Of a stretch of 64,000 bases of DNA, positions 30,638 through 39,874 are shown piece by piece. The notes below the pieces were generated by a model that saw only the letters and a program-made list of their open reading frames with translations, did no database searches and was not told the origin of the DNA. The stretch's first letter is position 1. Every line of letters begins with the position of its first letter. Source of the stretch: a virus; the IMG/VR virus record IMGVR_UViG_3300032607_000125, positions 32,001 through 96,000 of that record; one strand, given 5' to 3'. The translations under genes were made by a program, and so were the position numbers.

Positions 30638-32349
30638 TGCTTATTTTTAAAACTCTAACTTGGCAAAACTTTCTATCAACTGGTAATTCTCCTAATACGA
30701 TTATCCTTAATAGATCTGCTAGCACTCTTGTCATTGGTAAGAATGGAGAAGGCAAATCTACAATGCTTGACGCACTGACCTTTGCTTTGTTTGGTAAACC
30801 ATTTCGTAACATTAATAAGCCACAATTAGTGAATAGTATTAATGGCAAAGGTTGTGTAGTTACTATTGAGTTTGAACTTGGTACTGCTGAGTATAAGATT
30901 GTTCGTGGCATTAAACCGGGCATCTTTGAGATCTATCTCAATGGCGTTATGATCAATCAAGACGCAGCAGTTAAAGATTACCAAAAAGTTCTAGAACAAC
31001 AAATTTTACGTCTTAACTATAAGACTTTCACGCAAGTTATTATTCTTGGTTCTGCATCATTCGTTCCATTCATGCAACTACCAGCATGGCAACGTAGAGA
31101 AGTCATTGAAGATATTCTTGACATTGGTATCTTTTCCACTATGAATTCAATCTTAAAAGAAAGAATTAGTGAGACTAAAGAAGAGATGCATAGTATCGAG
31201 AATAAAATCGAGATTGCTAAGAACTCTGTAGTTGCTCAAAAGAAAATCATTACATCGATGGTGTCATCTAAGCAAGAATATGTAGATCATATTCGTAAAC
31301 AGATTGATGATAATGCCGTAGAGATTAAAGCAAATGAAGATCGTTGGGAAACTCTTACAGATCAAATGAATGCTCTACTTGCATCTAGTGATAACGCTAA
31401 AGATCTTAAAGAAGACATTGATAGAGCAACTGCCCTGCGTTCTAAACTAAACTCTAAAAAAGAACACATAGAAGAGACATTGCAGTTCTTTGCTGATAAT
31501 ACTACATGCCCTAGTTGTGCTCAAGATATTCCACATCAACATAAAACTAATATTAGTTCTAAGTTTAATCAAGAATATAATGATAGTGTAGATAACATTA
31601 ATGTTATTCAAGAAGCTTTTGATACTCTAATGGATCGCCAACAAAAGCTCAATGAATTGAATGTAAAACTGTTGACTATTAATTCACAGTCTAATGCTAC
31701 AATTACTGCTAATAAACTATTAACAAAGAGTACTAAAAAACTCAATGAAGACATCGCAGCAACAAAACAAGACACTGGCAATATTGATGTTGAGAAACAA
31801 AAACTTAAACAAGTCGCAGACGACGCAATAGTTCTAATTGATAAAAAGAATGAACTATCCGCTGAACGCAATATCCAAGAAGTATCGGCTTTACTGCTGA
31901 AAGATACTGGAATTAAAACTGCTATCATTAAGGAATACCTTCCTGTCATGAATAAGTTGATCAATGGTTACCTTACTGCAATGGACTTCTATGTTCACTT
32001 TGAATTAGATGAATCATTCAATGAAGTAATTAAATCTAGATTCCGAGATGAATTCACGTATGAATCTTTCTCAGAGGGCGAGAAAATGCGCATAGATTTG
32101 GCTATATTGTTTACATGGCGCCAGATTGCTAAGATGAAAAACTCTGTTAATACTAATCTTCTAATTCTTGATGAAATCTTTGATTCTAGTTTAGATAACT
32201 CTGGTACTGATTACTTCCTTTCTATCATGAATGCTATTGGAGATAAGTCCAACATATTTGTGATTAGCCATAAGGGAGACCAGTTGTTTGACAAGTTTCA
32301 CTCTGTGATCAAGTTCGAGAAGAAGAACGACTTTTCATCTATCGTTTAA
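30637..32349 (+). CDS. gp46: Recombination ATPase gp46 (Rad50/SbcC-like)
   Basis: GKNGEGKST, zinc hook CPSC, FSEGEK.R.DLA, LILDE.FD, SH. Confidence 0.96.
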   Translation: MLIFKTLTWQNFLSTGNSPNTIILNRSASTLVIGKNGEGKSTMLDALTFALFGKPFRNINKPQLVNSINGKGCVVTIEFELGTAEYKIVRGIKPGIFEIYLNGVMINQDAAVKDYQKVLEQQILRLNYKTFTQVIILGSASFVPFMQLPAWQRREVIEDILDIGIFSTMNSILKERISETKEEMHSIENKIEIAKNSVVAQKKIITSMVSSKQEYVDHIRKQIDDNAVEIKANEDRWETLTDQMNALLASSDNAKDLKEDIDRATALRSKLNSKKEHIEETLQFFADNTTCPSCAQDIPHQHKTNISSKFNQEYNDSVDNINVIQEAFDTLMDRQQKLNELNVKLLTINSQSNATITANKLLTKSTKKLNEDIAATKQDTGNIDVEKQKLKQVADDAIVLIDKKNELSAERNIQEVSALLLKDTGIKTAIIKEYLPVMNKLINGYLTAMDFYVHFELDESFNEVIKSRFRDEFTYESFSEGEKMRIDLAILFTWRQIAKMKNSVNTNLLILDEIFDSSLDNSGTDYFLSIMNAIGDKSNIFVISHKGDQLFDKFHSVIKFEKKNDFSSIV

Positions 32350-32352
32350 CGG

Positions 32353-32381
32353 TGTACATTAATTCGTCTATTAGATATAAT
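32353..32381 (+). promoter_or_regulatory. Early sigma70-type promoter
   Basis: TGTACA-17 nt-TATAAT; predicted +1 falls on the ATG at 32388. Confidence 0.85.
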
Positions 32382-32387
32382 AGACCT

Positions 32388-34556
32388 ATGGCAACACAAA
32401 CAAACACTCAATCTCAGGACATGCTAGCCAAGCTGCTAGCTACTGAGAACATCAACATCCTTCGTTCTAACGTTAAAACAGCTGCGTTTGACATTAAAGG
32501 CCGCACTCTATTCCTTCCTCGTTGGAAGGAAATGACACCAGTGATCGAAGAAGCACTCATGATGCATGAAGTTGGTCATGCGCTTTACACTGGAATTGAG
32601 ACCTATGGCGTAGTTTTTGAGGAAAAGAAACACCTTAAAGATTACGCCAATGTGATCGAGGACGTTCGCATCGAAAAGAAGATGAAGGAACGCTATCCTG
32701 GTTCGCGTAAGTCATTCAACAACGGGTATCGTGAACTTAACGACCGCGACTTCTTTGGCATCAAAAATCGAGATCTATCAAAACTTCTATTGATTGACCG
32801 CATTAACTTGTACTTTAAAGTAGGGTATAACTGTGGTGTGCAATTCAATGCCGAAGAACAAGAATTTATTCGTCGTGTAGACAAGTGCTCTTCTGAAAAT
32901 GATGTATTAGCATTGGCTGAAGAAATCTTTGCGTATAGTAAAGACACAATCAAAAGCAGCAACGAAAAGCGTAGAGTCGCCGGCGCACCAAAATCAAAAG
33001 GAAAAGCAGAAGAATCAGATGAAGACGAAGAATCTTCAATGTTTGATGAATATGCTGAAGAAGAAGAATCTGAAGAAGAATCTGAAGAACAAGATGGCAA
33101 CTCGGATGGAGAAGAAGAATCTGAAGAAGAGCAAGACGCTAAGGATAGCACTGGAACTTCATCTTCTAAACAAGCACCTAAAGAAGATGAAATAGACGAA
33201 GAAGAACTTCTTAAAGATCTTGCGCCTATTACCAATAAACAGTTTGAAGAAAAGTTAGAACTGCTTGCCGACGATTTACTCGTTACTCGTTACTTTGAAC
33301 CATCAATGGAACTAGAGTACGCCGACATTATTGTAAGCTATAAGAAAACTTTGCCAGTATTTGAAGAAACGCTTAAAGAAAGTGTTATCTCAAATAAGTC
33401 TAGGATTGCTAAGTTTAAATCAAACTCTTCTGGTATAGTTAGTTATCTAGTCAAAGAATTTGAAATGCGCAAATCAGCTACTGCTTATAAGCGCGCTAAA
33501 ATATCAAGGATTGGTCAATTAGACAGCAGAAAGCTTTACGCATATAAGATCAAAGAAGATTTGTTCCGCCAAATCATGACAGTGCAAGATGGTAAGAAAC
33601 ACGGCATGGTGTTCCTCCTCGATTGGTCGGGTTCTATGGCAGCTTGCATGGACGAAACGATTGAACAAGTTATCAATTTAGCTATGTTTTGTCAGAGAAT
33701 TCAAATTCCATATCAGGTATTTGCATTTACTGATGGATATACTAATACTAATGACGACGGAAAAGTTGCGAGTGCAAATGCAAATGGACTAACTGCAAAC
33801 GTTAGTCTTTTAGAATTATTTTCAAATAGAATGAGCAACGTTGAATTTAATCGTATGGTGAACTATATGATGTGCTCGCCGTACAATAGAATTCGTAACT
33901 ATTCGTTGAATGGTACTCCATTAAATGAAGCACTTCTATTTATGACTAGTTATCTTGGTAAGTTTATTCGTGATAATAATGTGGAAAAAACTACATTCAT
34001 TACTTTGACTGATGGCCAAGGCGGCGCACTTTATGGCAATAATACTGCCAACATTAAGAATGGTTTGGAGCATAAGTATAATGATAAACTTGAATATCGT
34101 GAAACTAAAGTCAAAAGCTATCTTCGTGATCCTATTACTAAAAAGGAATATGATCTAACCCGTGACTCCAGTGAACAGACTGCGCTATTTTTGAATGTCA
34201 TTAAAGATAGATACGGCGTTAAAAGCGTGGCATTCTTTGTTATGGATTCTACTATGAGAGCATGTGGAGCGTTCATAAGAGCTAATAGCACGATAACTAG
34301 TGCTTCTCAGGCTATTGATGCTTCTTCTCATATCATGAATTCATTGAGAAAAGATAAGTTCTGTGTTCTTACGAACATTCCTGGTCGCGATGAAATGTAT
34401 TTGTTAGTAGCTAATACTAAAATTCGAGATGATAGTATTAAGAATATCACTGAAGATATGTCTGCAAGCTCCATTGCACGTCTTCTTGGGAACTCTATGA
34501 ATTCGCGTAAGTCATCGCGGGTGGTTCTTAACAAATTTATTGGAATGGTTGCATAA
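32388..34556 (+). CDS. Metallopeptidase-like / vWA protein (CobT-like partner of MoxR-type ATPase); ATG 32388 preferred
   Basis: LAKLLATE, HEVGH (HExxH), NVIED.RIE, acidic linker, MIDAS LLDWSGSM, GTPLNEA, ITLTDG. Confidence 0.85.
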   Translation: MATQTNTQSQDMLAKLLATENINILRSNVKTAAFDIKGRTLFLPRWKEMTPVIEEALMMHEVGHALYTGIETYGVVFEEKKHLKDYANVIEDVRIEKKMKERYPGSRKSFNNGYRELNDRDFFGIKNRDLSKLLLIDRINLYFKVGYNCGVQFNAEEQEFIRRVDKCSSENDVLALAEEIFAYSKDTIKSSNEKRRVAGAPKSKGKAEESDEDEESSMFDEYAEEEESEEESEEQDGNSDGEEESEEEQDAKDSTGTSSSKQAPKEDEIDEEELLKDLAPITNKQFEEKLELLADDLLVTRYFEPSMELEYADIIVSYKKTLPVFEETLKESVISNKSRIAKFKSNSSGIVSYLVKEFEMRKSATAYKRAKISRIGQLDSRKLYAYKIKEDLFRQIMTVQDGKKHGMVFLLDWSGSMAACMDETIEQVINLAMFCQRIQIPYQVFAFTDGYTNTNDDGKVASANANGLTANVSLLELFSNRMSNVEFNRMVNYMMCSPYNRIRNYSLNGTPLNEALLFMTSYLGKFIRDNNVEKTTFITLTDGQGGALYGNNTANIKNGLEHKYNDKLEYRETKVKSYLRDPITKKEYDLTRDSSEQTALFLNVIKDRYGVKSVAFFVMDSTMRACGAFIRANSTITSASQAIDASSHIMNSLRKDKFCVLTNIPGRDEMYLLVANTKIRDDSIKNITEDMSASSIARLLGNSMNSRKSSRVVLNKFIGMVA

Positions 34557-34561
34557 AGTCC

Positions 34562-34590
34562 TGTACATTAAATCGTCTATTTGATATAAT
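34562..34590 (+). promoter_or_regulatory. Early sigma70-type promoter (near copy of the 32353 promoter)
   Basis: TGTACA-17 nt-TATAAT; tgtacattaaatcgtctatttgatataataga vs tgtacattaattcgtctattagatataataga. Confidence 0.85.
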
Positions 34591-34617
34591 AGATCTATAA
34601 CTACCGAGTTCTATATT

Positions 34618-35733
34618 ATGGATACAAATTTTCTCTCTGTTCTTTTCAAAGAATTTCCCGATGTTGTAACATCGAAGCAGGTAACCCGCGCTCAAATCGT
34701 TGAAGTGATGGCTTTAACTGCTACGTCGAAATACCCTACTTGGCTTATGCAGAATCGCGTAGGCCGTGGTCTCTATGCTGTTCTAAACGACACCATTGAT
34801 GAAGTTCCACCTGAAGTTCCAACTCCTAAAAATCTTAAGTCTATGGTTAAAAATGAAGACACCGCATCTCTGATTCCAAAGGTAGACCCTAACTATGTCG
34901 CCTTTGGTAATCATAAGGACATTGATACGATCATTAAGTCTAAGCAGTTTTATCCTGCTTACATTTCAGGCCCAACTGGTAATGGTAAGTCTACTACTGT
35001 AGAACAGGCTTGTGCTAAGAACAAACGACCTCTCATTCGAGTTAACTTGAATATGATGACTGATGAAGATCAACTGATCGGGTCTAAGACTCTAGTAGAT
35101 GGCAATGTTGAAGTGATTGAAGGACCGGTTTTGATCGCTATGCGCTCCGGTATTCCTCTTCTGCTTGATGAGATTGATGCCGGTTCTGCGAACACACTAC
35201 TGTGTCTACAACCTATTCTTGAAGGTAAACCATTTTACTTCAAATTGAAGAATGAATTGATCTATCCTACTGAAGGCTTTACTGTATTTGCCACTGCGAA
35301 TACTAAAGGTAAAGGATCAGAAGATGGTCGTTACATTGGCACAAATGTTTTGAATGAGGCGTTCCTTGAGCGCTTTGCAATCACTTTTAATCAGGAGTAT
35401 CCATCTGCTTCTATTGAACGTAAGATTGTTATGAATCTAATGAAGTCCTACTCATGCGAAGATGAGGATTTTGCTGACACTCTAGTTAAATGGGCCGATG
35501 CAATTCGTAGGACTTTTGCAGATGGCGGAGTTGATGAGACCATTACAACCCGTCGTTTAGTACACATTGTTCGGGCATTCTCTATCTTTAAAGATAAGAA
35601 GAAAGCCGTTGAATTGTGTATTAATAGATTTGACGATATCACTCGCAATGCTTTCGCCGATCTATTTGAAAAGGTCTCAACGCCAATTGTTACAACTACT
35701 ATGCCTGTAGCATCAACTGAAATCCCATTCTAA
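34618..35733 (+). CDS. CobS-like / MoxR-family AAA+ ATPase
   Basis: GPTGNGKS, LLLDEID, TANTKG.G..DGRYIGTNVLNEAFLERF, ITTRRL. Confidence 0.9.
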   Translation: MDTNFLSVLFKEFPDVVTSKQVTRAQIVEVMALTATSKYPTWLMQNRVGRGLYAVLNDTIDEVPPEVPTPKNLKSMVKNEDTASLIPKVDPNYVAFGNHKDIDTIIKSKQFYPAYISGPTGNGKSTTVEQACAKNKRPLIRVNLNMMTDEDQLIGSKTLVDGNVEVIEGPVLIAMRSGIPLLLDEIDAGSANTLLCLQPILEGKPFYFKLKNELIYPTEGFTVFATANTKGKGSEDGRYIGTNVLNEAFLERFAITFNQEYPSASIERKIVMNLMKSYSCEDEDFADTLVKWADAIRRTFADGGVDETITTRRLVHIVRAFSIFKDKKKAVELCINRFDDITRNAFADLFEKVSTPIVTTTMPVASTEIPF

Positions 35734-35741
35734 GGACTTAT

Positions 35742-36098
35742 ATGAATTACACTACACTGAGCAAAACACAAAAGCGTTGCATTGATGCTTTTATTACTAT
35801 TCGCCCTGCTCTGGCGTCCCAATACAGTATTACGCGATCGGAGGTAGAAGCACTTTTTGCTGAACTACATTCAATGCGTAATACAGGCGGGGAAAAGATT
35901 GGTTACCCTATGTGGCTTGTCAAAGGTGACAAAGTTTCACGTGGTCACTATAAGTTCCCTGCACCAAATTTGATCGAAGCACAAGAAGCTCAGATCAAAT
36001 CTAATGCCAAAGCTGCTGAAGATTTGGTGAAAAATTCAGAAGAAGATAAAGAATATTTCACAGAATTGCATGCTTATGGTATAATGGAAGTAGCTTAA
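35742..36098 (+). CDS. Hypothetical protein
   Basis: 118 aa, AAGGA RBS; its YP.WL....VSRG.Y motif resembles the N-terminal segment of the upstream ATPase (YPTWLMQNRVGRGLY). Confidence 0.7.
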   Translation: MNYTTLSKTQKRCIDAFITIRPALASQYSITRSEVEALFAELHSMRNTGGEKIGYPMWLVKGDKVSRGHYKFPAPNLIEAQEAQIKSNAKAAEDLVKNSEEDKEYFTELHAYGIMEVA

Positions 36099-36128
36099 CC
36101 GCTATATCATCAACATAATGGAGTTATC

Positions 36129-36374
36129 ATGAGTAAATTATCTCGACTTGAAAAATACCTGAAATCAGGTTCTACTGCAACGCCTCGCCAGATCACTGGC
36201 ATGTTTGGATTGCAAAATCCAACATCGGCAATCCACGCTCTTCGTAGTGCTGGTCTTTGCGTGTATGCAAATAAAGCTACACTTAGCACTGGTGTTACTA
36301 CTGTTAAATACAGTGTTGGTAAACCAACGAAGAAAATGATTGCAATGGCGCACGCGCTTGGCATGTTTGCTTAA
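36129..36374 (+). CDS. Small basic protein, possible winged-HTH
   Basis: 81 aa, GGAG RBS; YLKSG..T..Q...FGL.NP...I..LR..G..VY pattern. Confidence 0.65.
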   Translation: MSKLSRLEKYLKSGSTATPRQITGMFGLQNPTSAIHALRSAGLCVYANKATLSTGVTTVKYSVGKPTKKMIAMAHALGMFA

Positions 36375-36380
36375 TTAGAT

Positions 36381-36409
36381 TGTACTTAAATGGGAGATTT
36401 TGATATAAT
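36381..36409 (+). promoter_or_regulatory. Early sigma70-type promoter for the DUF5664-gp45-gp44-gp62 operon
   Basis: TGTACT-17 nt-TATAAT. Confidence 0.75.
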
Positions 36410-36434
36410 AGTATCTTAATCTCCTATTTTAATT

Positions 36435-36767
36435 ATGAAAAGCAAACCAATACTTACACCGGCAGGTCGCAAATTTGATGGTGGTAAACTTCGCTATGGA
36501 CTAATACCTCCTCTTGCACAACAAGAAATGGTAAAAGTTCTTACGTTTGGTGCAGAAAAGTATGAACCTGATAATTGGAAATATGTTGAAGGTTCTATCA
36601 CTCGCTATTTTGATGCCATGGAACGACATGTTTGGGCATGGAAAATGGGCGAAGAGTTAGATCCAGAAAGTGGAATCCACCACTTGGCCCACGCAATGTG
36701 TTGCCTTGCATTCCTCTATGAACATGATGTGAAATATACAAAGAAAGAACCAAATGGAATTAAGTAA
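36435..36767 (+). CDS. dATP/dGTP diphosphohydrolase-like protein (DUF5664)
   Basis: G.KFDGGK.RY.LIP...V.TFGAEKY...NW...RY.DA..RH..AW..GEE.DPESG..HLAHA.C.L.FL. Confidence 0.85.
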   Translation: MKSKPILTPAGRKFDGGKLRYGLIPPLAQQEMVKVLTFGAEKYEPDNWKYVEGSITRYFDAMERHVWAWKMGEELDPESGIHHLAHAMCCLAFLYEHDVKYTKKEPNGIK

Positions 36768-37410
36768 AGAAACCCTGTCGTTGATCAAGAACTTCGCTGG
36801 CATTAATGGCAGTCTGATGCTTAAGCAGGGAAATAAGTTGTCCACAATCTCAGAAGGAAAGAACATCATGGCAGAAGTGTCAATTGATGAAGACTTTCCA
36901 ATGGATTTTGGAATTTACGATTTGAATGAATTCCTAAATGTCGTATCGCTGTTCCCAAGCACTCAACTTGACTTCAATGAGAAGTATGTCATGGTGTCTG
37001 ATGGTGGTACCAGCAAGATTAAATACTTTGCTGCAGGTGATGGTGTTGTTAAATCCGCGCCTTCTACGATTAAGTTTCCACAAGCCGATGTTGAGTTTAC
37101 AATTGATGCAGCTCAACTGGCAATGATTCTTAAAACCTCTTCAGCATTGAAGGCAAGTGACTTGTCTATTGTTGGTGACGGAAGTACTCTTAAAGTTCTA
37201 GTGTCTGATAAAAAGAATGATACTTCGAATGCATATGAAGTTACTATTGGCAAGACCAATGAAACCTTTAAAGCTAATCTTAAAGTAGAAAATCTTAAGA
37301 TGCTTCCCGGCGACTACGAAGTTTCTATCTCTAAAAAGAAAATCTCCCGCTTTAAAAGCACTACTGATCTCACATACTTTGTCGCTGTTGAAGCTGACTC
37401 GGAGTTCTAA
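36754..37410 (+). CDS. gp45: Sliding clamp gp45
   Basis: LS.ETL..IKNFA.IN.S, FP.DFGIYDLNEFL, K.ENLK.LPG.Y.V; synteny. Confidence 0.95.
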   Translation: MELSKETLSLIKNFAGINGSLMLKQGNKLSTISEGKNIMAEVSIDEDFPMDFGIYDLNEFLNVVSLFPSTQLDFNEKYVMVSDGGTSKIKYFAAGDGVVKSAPSTIKFPQADVEFTIDAAQLAMILKTSSALKASDLSIVGDGSTLKVLVSDKKNDTSNAYEVTIGKTNETFKANLKVENLKMLPGDYEVSISKKKISRFKSTTDLTYFVAVEADSEF

Positions 37411-37545
37411 TGGGCGAAGGTGCATTTAGAGGACTTGGTGAAGCATTTGTAATTGGCTTTATCCTTCTCTGCACACTAGGTTTTTTGGAAATTAGTGGAC
37501 ATTGTTATTTGGCTGTTTCAACACGTGAGCATTAATATATTATGA
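37410..37545 (+). pseudogene. Small membrane-protein ORF, apparently frameshifted at a T6 run
   Basis: As read, 41 aa (stop 37535). Removing one T at 37481-37486 gives ...LGFWKLVDIVIWLFQHVSINIL ending in an ATGA overlap with gp44. Confidence 0.4.
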
Positions 37546-38480
37546 GTAATCAGTATCTTTGGACCGAGAAGTATAGACCATCGACAATCGATGAGTGTAT
37601 TCTCCCCGAAGCAATGAAGAAAACTTTCCGTGAGTTTATCGACTCCGGAGAGTTGCCTAATTTCTTATTCTGTGGCGGCGCTGGTGTGGGTAAAACCACA
37701 GTAGCAAAAGCACTATGTAATGAAATTGGTGCAGAATATCTCTTCATCAATGGATCAGAAGAATCTGGTATCGATGTTCTTCGTAGTAAGATTAAAAGTT
37801 TTGCATCTTCTGTCTCTTTGACTGATGCTAAGAAAGTAGTTATTCTTGATGAAGCAGACTATCTTAACGCTAATAGCACTCAGCCTGCTCTTCGTGGTTT
37901 TATTGAAGAGTTCAGTAATAACTGTAGGTTCATCTTTACCTGTAACTTCAAGAACCGAATCATCGAACCTCTGCATTCTCGCTGTGCAGTGGTCGAATTC
38001 AAAGTAGAGAATAAAGATAAGCCTGCAATCATGGGTGCATTCTATAAGCGTGTAGTTGGTATCCTTAAGACTGAAAATGTCACCTTTGAGCAAAAGGTTG
38101 TGGTTGAATTAGTTTCTAAGTACTTTCCAGATTATCGTCGTGTTCTAAATGAATTGCAACGATACTCTGTTAGTGGTACTATTGATTCTGGTTTGCTTGT
38201 CAATCTTGGCGATGAATCATACGTTGAACTTATCAAACACTTGAAGACTAAAAACTTTACTGAAGTTCGTAAGTGGGTCGGTAAGAATTCTGATACTGAA
38301 TCGACTGAACTATTTCGCAAGTTCTACGATAAAGCTGTTGACATTCTAGAGCAAGGATCTATTCCTCAATTAGTTTTGATTCTTGCTGAGTATCAATATA
38401 AAGCGGCCTTTGTCGCAGACCGTGAAATTAATACTATGGCAGCCTTGACTGAAATTATGGCACAACTAAAGTTTAAATAA
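37542..38480 (+). CDS. gp44: Clamp loader large subunit gp44
   Basis: LW.EKYRP, G.AGVGKTT, ILDEAD, SRC motif. Confidence 0.97.
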   Translation: MSNQYLWTEKYRPSTIDECILPEAMKKTFREFIDSGELPNFLFCGGAGVGKTTVAKALCNEIGAEYLFINGSEESGIDVLRSKIKSFASSVSLTDAKKVVILDEADYLNANSTQPALRGFIEEFSNNCRFIFTCNFKNRIIEPLHSRCAVVEFKVENKDKPAIMGAFYKRVVGILKTENVTFEQKVVVELVSKYFPDYRRVLNELQRYSVSGTIDSGLLVNLGDESYVELIKHLKTKNFTEVRKWVGKNSDTESTELFRKFYDKAVDILEQGSIPQLVLILAEYQYKAAFVADREINTMAALTEIMAQLKFK

Positions 38481-38794
38481 TGAATGAATACCTTCAAATT
38501 GTATTGTTTGTAATTATCTTTTTTCTTGGTTGGTGGGGTCGTGAATGGTCAGCTAAGCGACAAGTAGACGCAATGTTAAAAGAAATTGCAGAAGAAGAAA
38601 CTGCAGTCGTAGATGGCAATAAGATTCGTATCACTGTTGAGAAACACGATGGGTGTTTCTATATCTATGATCGTAGTGGCACATACCTCTCTCATGGCGA
38701 AAGCTTTGACATCGTTGAAGCTATTCTGAAAGAAAAGTTTCCAGGTAAGTTGTTCGCAGCATCTGAAGAAGATCTAGCTAAGTTGAATTCATGA
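38480..38794 (+). CDS. Hypothetical protein with N-terminal membrane anchor
   Basis: YLQIVLFVIIFFLGWWGR hydrophobic segment; coupled stops and starts. Confidence 0.7.
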   Translation: MNEYLQIVLFVIIFFLGWWGREWSAKRQVDAMLKEIAEEETAVVDGNKIRITVEKHDGCFYIYDRSGTYLSHGESFDIVEAILKEKFPGKLFAASEEDLAKLNS

Positions 38795-39171
38795 GTTTCT
38801 TTGACTTCTTAAACGCGATCAATGATAGTAAAAAGGATCTTATAAAAGAAGACCCTCTTACTGAAAAGGATTATATTCCATTCATGGTGAACAGGGGCTT
38901 GTCATACTTTCCCGATACTATTATGTTTGCAAATGAAATGAATTCGCATGCTGCTATTCCAAAAGATTGGCAGTTTGCTTTTTATCTTAATGGAATCAAT
39001 AAGAAGAAACGTTTCTCTAAGTGGCATAAGAAAGATCAAAACTCTGATCACCTTAAACTTGTCATGAAGGAATATGATTACTCTGCAGAAAAAGCAGCAG
39101 TTGCATTAGAACTTCTTACCGATGAAAATATTAAAGAATTAACTACAAAATATAAAGAAGGTGGTAGATAA
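38791..39171 (+). CDS. gp62: Clamp loader small subunit gp62
   Basis: FDFLN.IN..KK, Y.PFMVNRGLSYF.DT..FANEMN, KKKRFSKW.K. Confidence 0.93.
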   Translation: MSFFDFLNAINDSKKDLIKEDPLTEKDYIPFMVNRGLSYFPDTIMFANEMNSHAAIPKDWQFAFYLNGINKKKRFSKWHKKDQNSDHLKLVMKEYDYSAEKAAVALELLTDENIKELTTKYKEGGR

Positions 39172-39175
39172 GTAG

Positions 39176-39183
39176 TATAAATA
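39176..39183 (+). promoter_or_regulatory. T4-type late promoter upstream of regA
   Basis: Exact TATAAATA in the gp62-regA gap. Confidence 0.75.
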
Positions 39184-39231
39184 TTCAGTCTCATATACAT
39201 ATTATGATAATAATATAACAAGGAAAAGTGA

Positions 39232-39654
39232 ATGACTGAATTAATTTATTACGATTGGACTCAAGATTCAATGCTTGAGGTGACGTTGCCAGAACCAGAT
39301 AATTTTCTTAAGGTTCGTGAAACTCTCACTCGTATTGGAGTAGCATCTCGTAAAGATAAGACACTGTATCAATCTTGCCACATCTTGCATAAGCAGGGTA
39401 GGTATTTTATTGTACACTTTAAAGAACTTTTTGCGCTTGATGGTAAAGAAGCTAATATTACTATCAGTGATATTGAGCGTAGAAATACGATTACTAGTTT
39501 GCTTGCAGACTGGGGATTGTTAAAAATCGTTCTTCCGTCTAAGGCAGAAGAGCGTGTATCGTTGTCTCAGATCAAAGTAGTATCCTTTAAGGAGAAACAA
39601 GATTGGACTCTAACTGCTAAATATAACATTGGCAAAAAACCTAACACTAATTAA
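39232..39654 (+). CDS. regA: Translational repressor RegA
   Basis: MLEV.L.EPDNFLKVRETLTRIGVASRK...LYQSCHILHKQGRYFIVHFKELFALDG. Confidence 0.97.
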   Translation: MTELIYYDWTQDSMLEVTLPEPDNFLKVRETLTRIGVASRKDKTLYQSCHILHKQGRYFIVHFKELFALDGKEANITISDIERRNTITSLLADWGLLKIVLPSKAEERVSLSQIKVVSFKEKQDWTLTAKYNIGKKPNTN

Positions 39655-39663
39655 TGGACATAT

Positions 39664-39867
39664 ATGTTAAAATTTGAATTGACTCTTGAAGAAGCAAACG
39701 CTATTCTTGCTGCTCTTGGCAAAGGCACTTTTGATCAAGTTGCTGCGTTGATCAATAAACTTCAGCAACAAGCACAACCGCAATTGCCAGCACTGGAAGA
39801 AGCAATGGCAACCGCAGCAAAAGCTAACGCTGTTGCTGAAGCAGCTGACGCTTCAGCCGCTGCTTAA
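39664..39867 (+). CDS. Small hypothetical protein
   Basis: 67 aa; LT.EE.N.IL.AL...P/F..V..LI.KL..QA.PQL pattern; GGA RBS. Confidence 0.7.
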   Translation: MLKFELTLEEANAILAALGKGTFDQVAALINKLQQQAQPQLPALEEAMATAAKANAVAEAADASAAA

Positions 39868-39874
39868 TAAATCT

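Noticed and set aside
33001-33210. GAAGAA-rich tract as a nucleotide repeat element
   Set aside because: It is explained by the Glu/Asp-rich linker it encodes; the overlapping 32929-33195 ORF is a by-product.
32388-35733. Cobalamin biosynthesis genes (cobT/cobS)
   Set aside because: The motifs show only a generic vWA plus MoxR-type AAA+ pair common in T4-like phages; no other cob genes are present.
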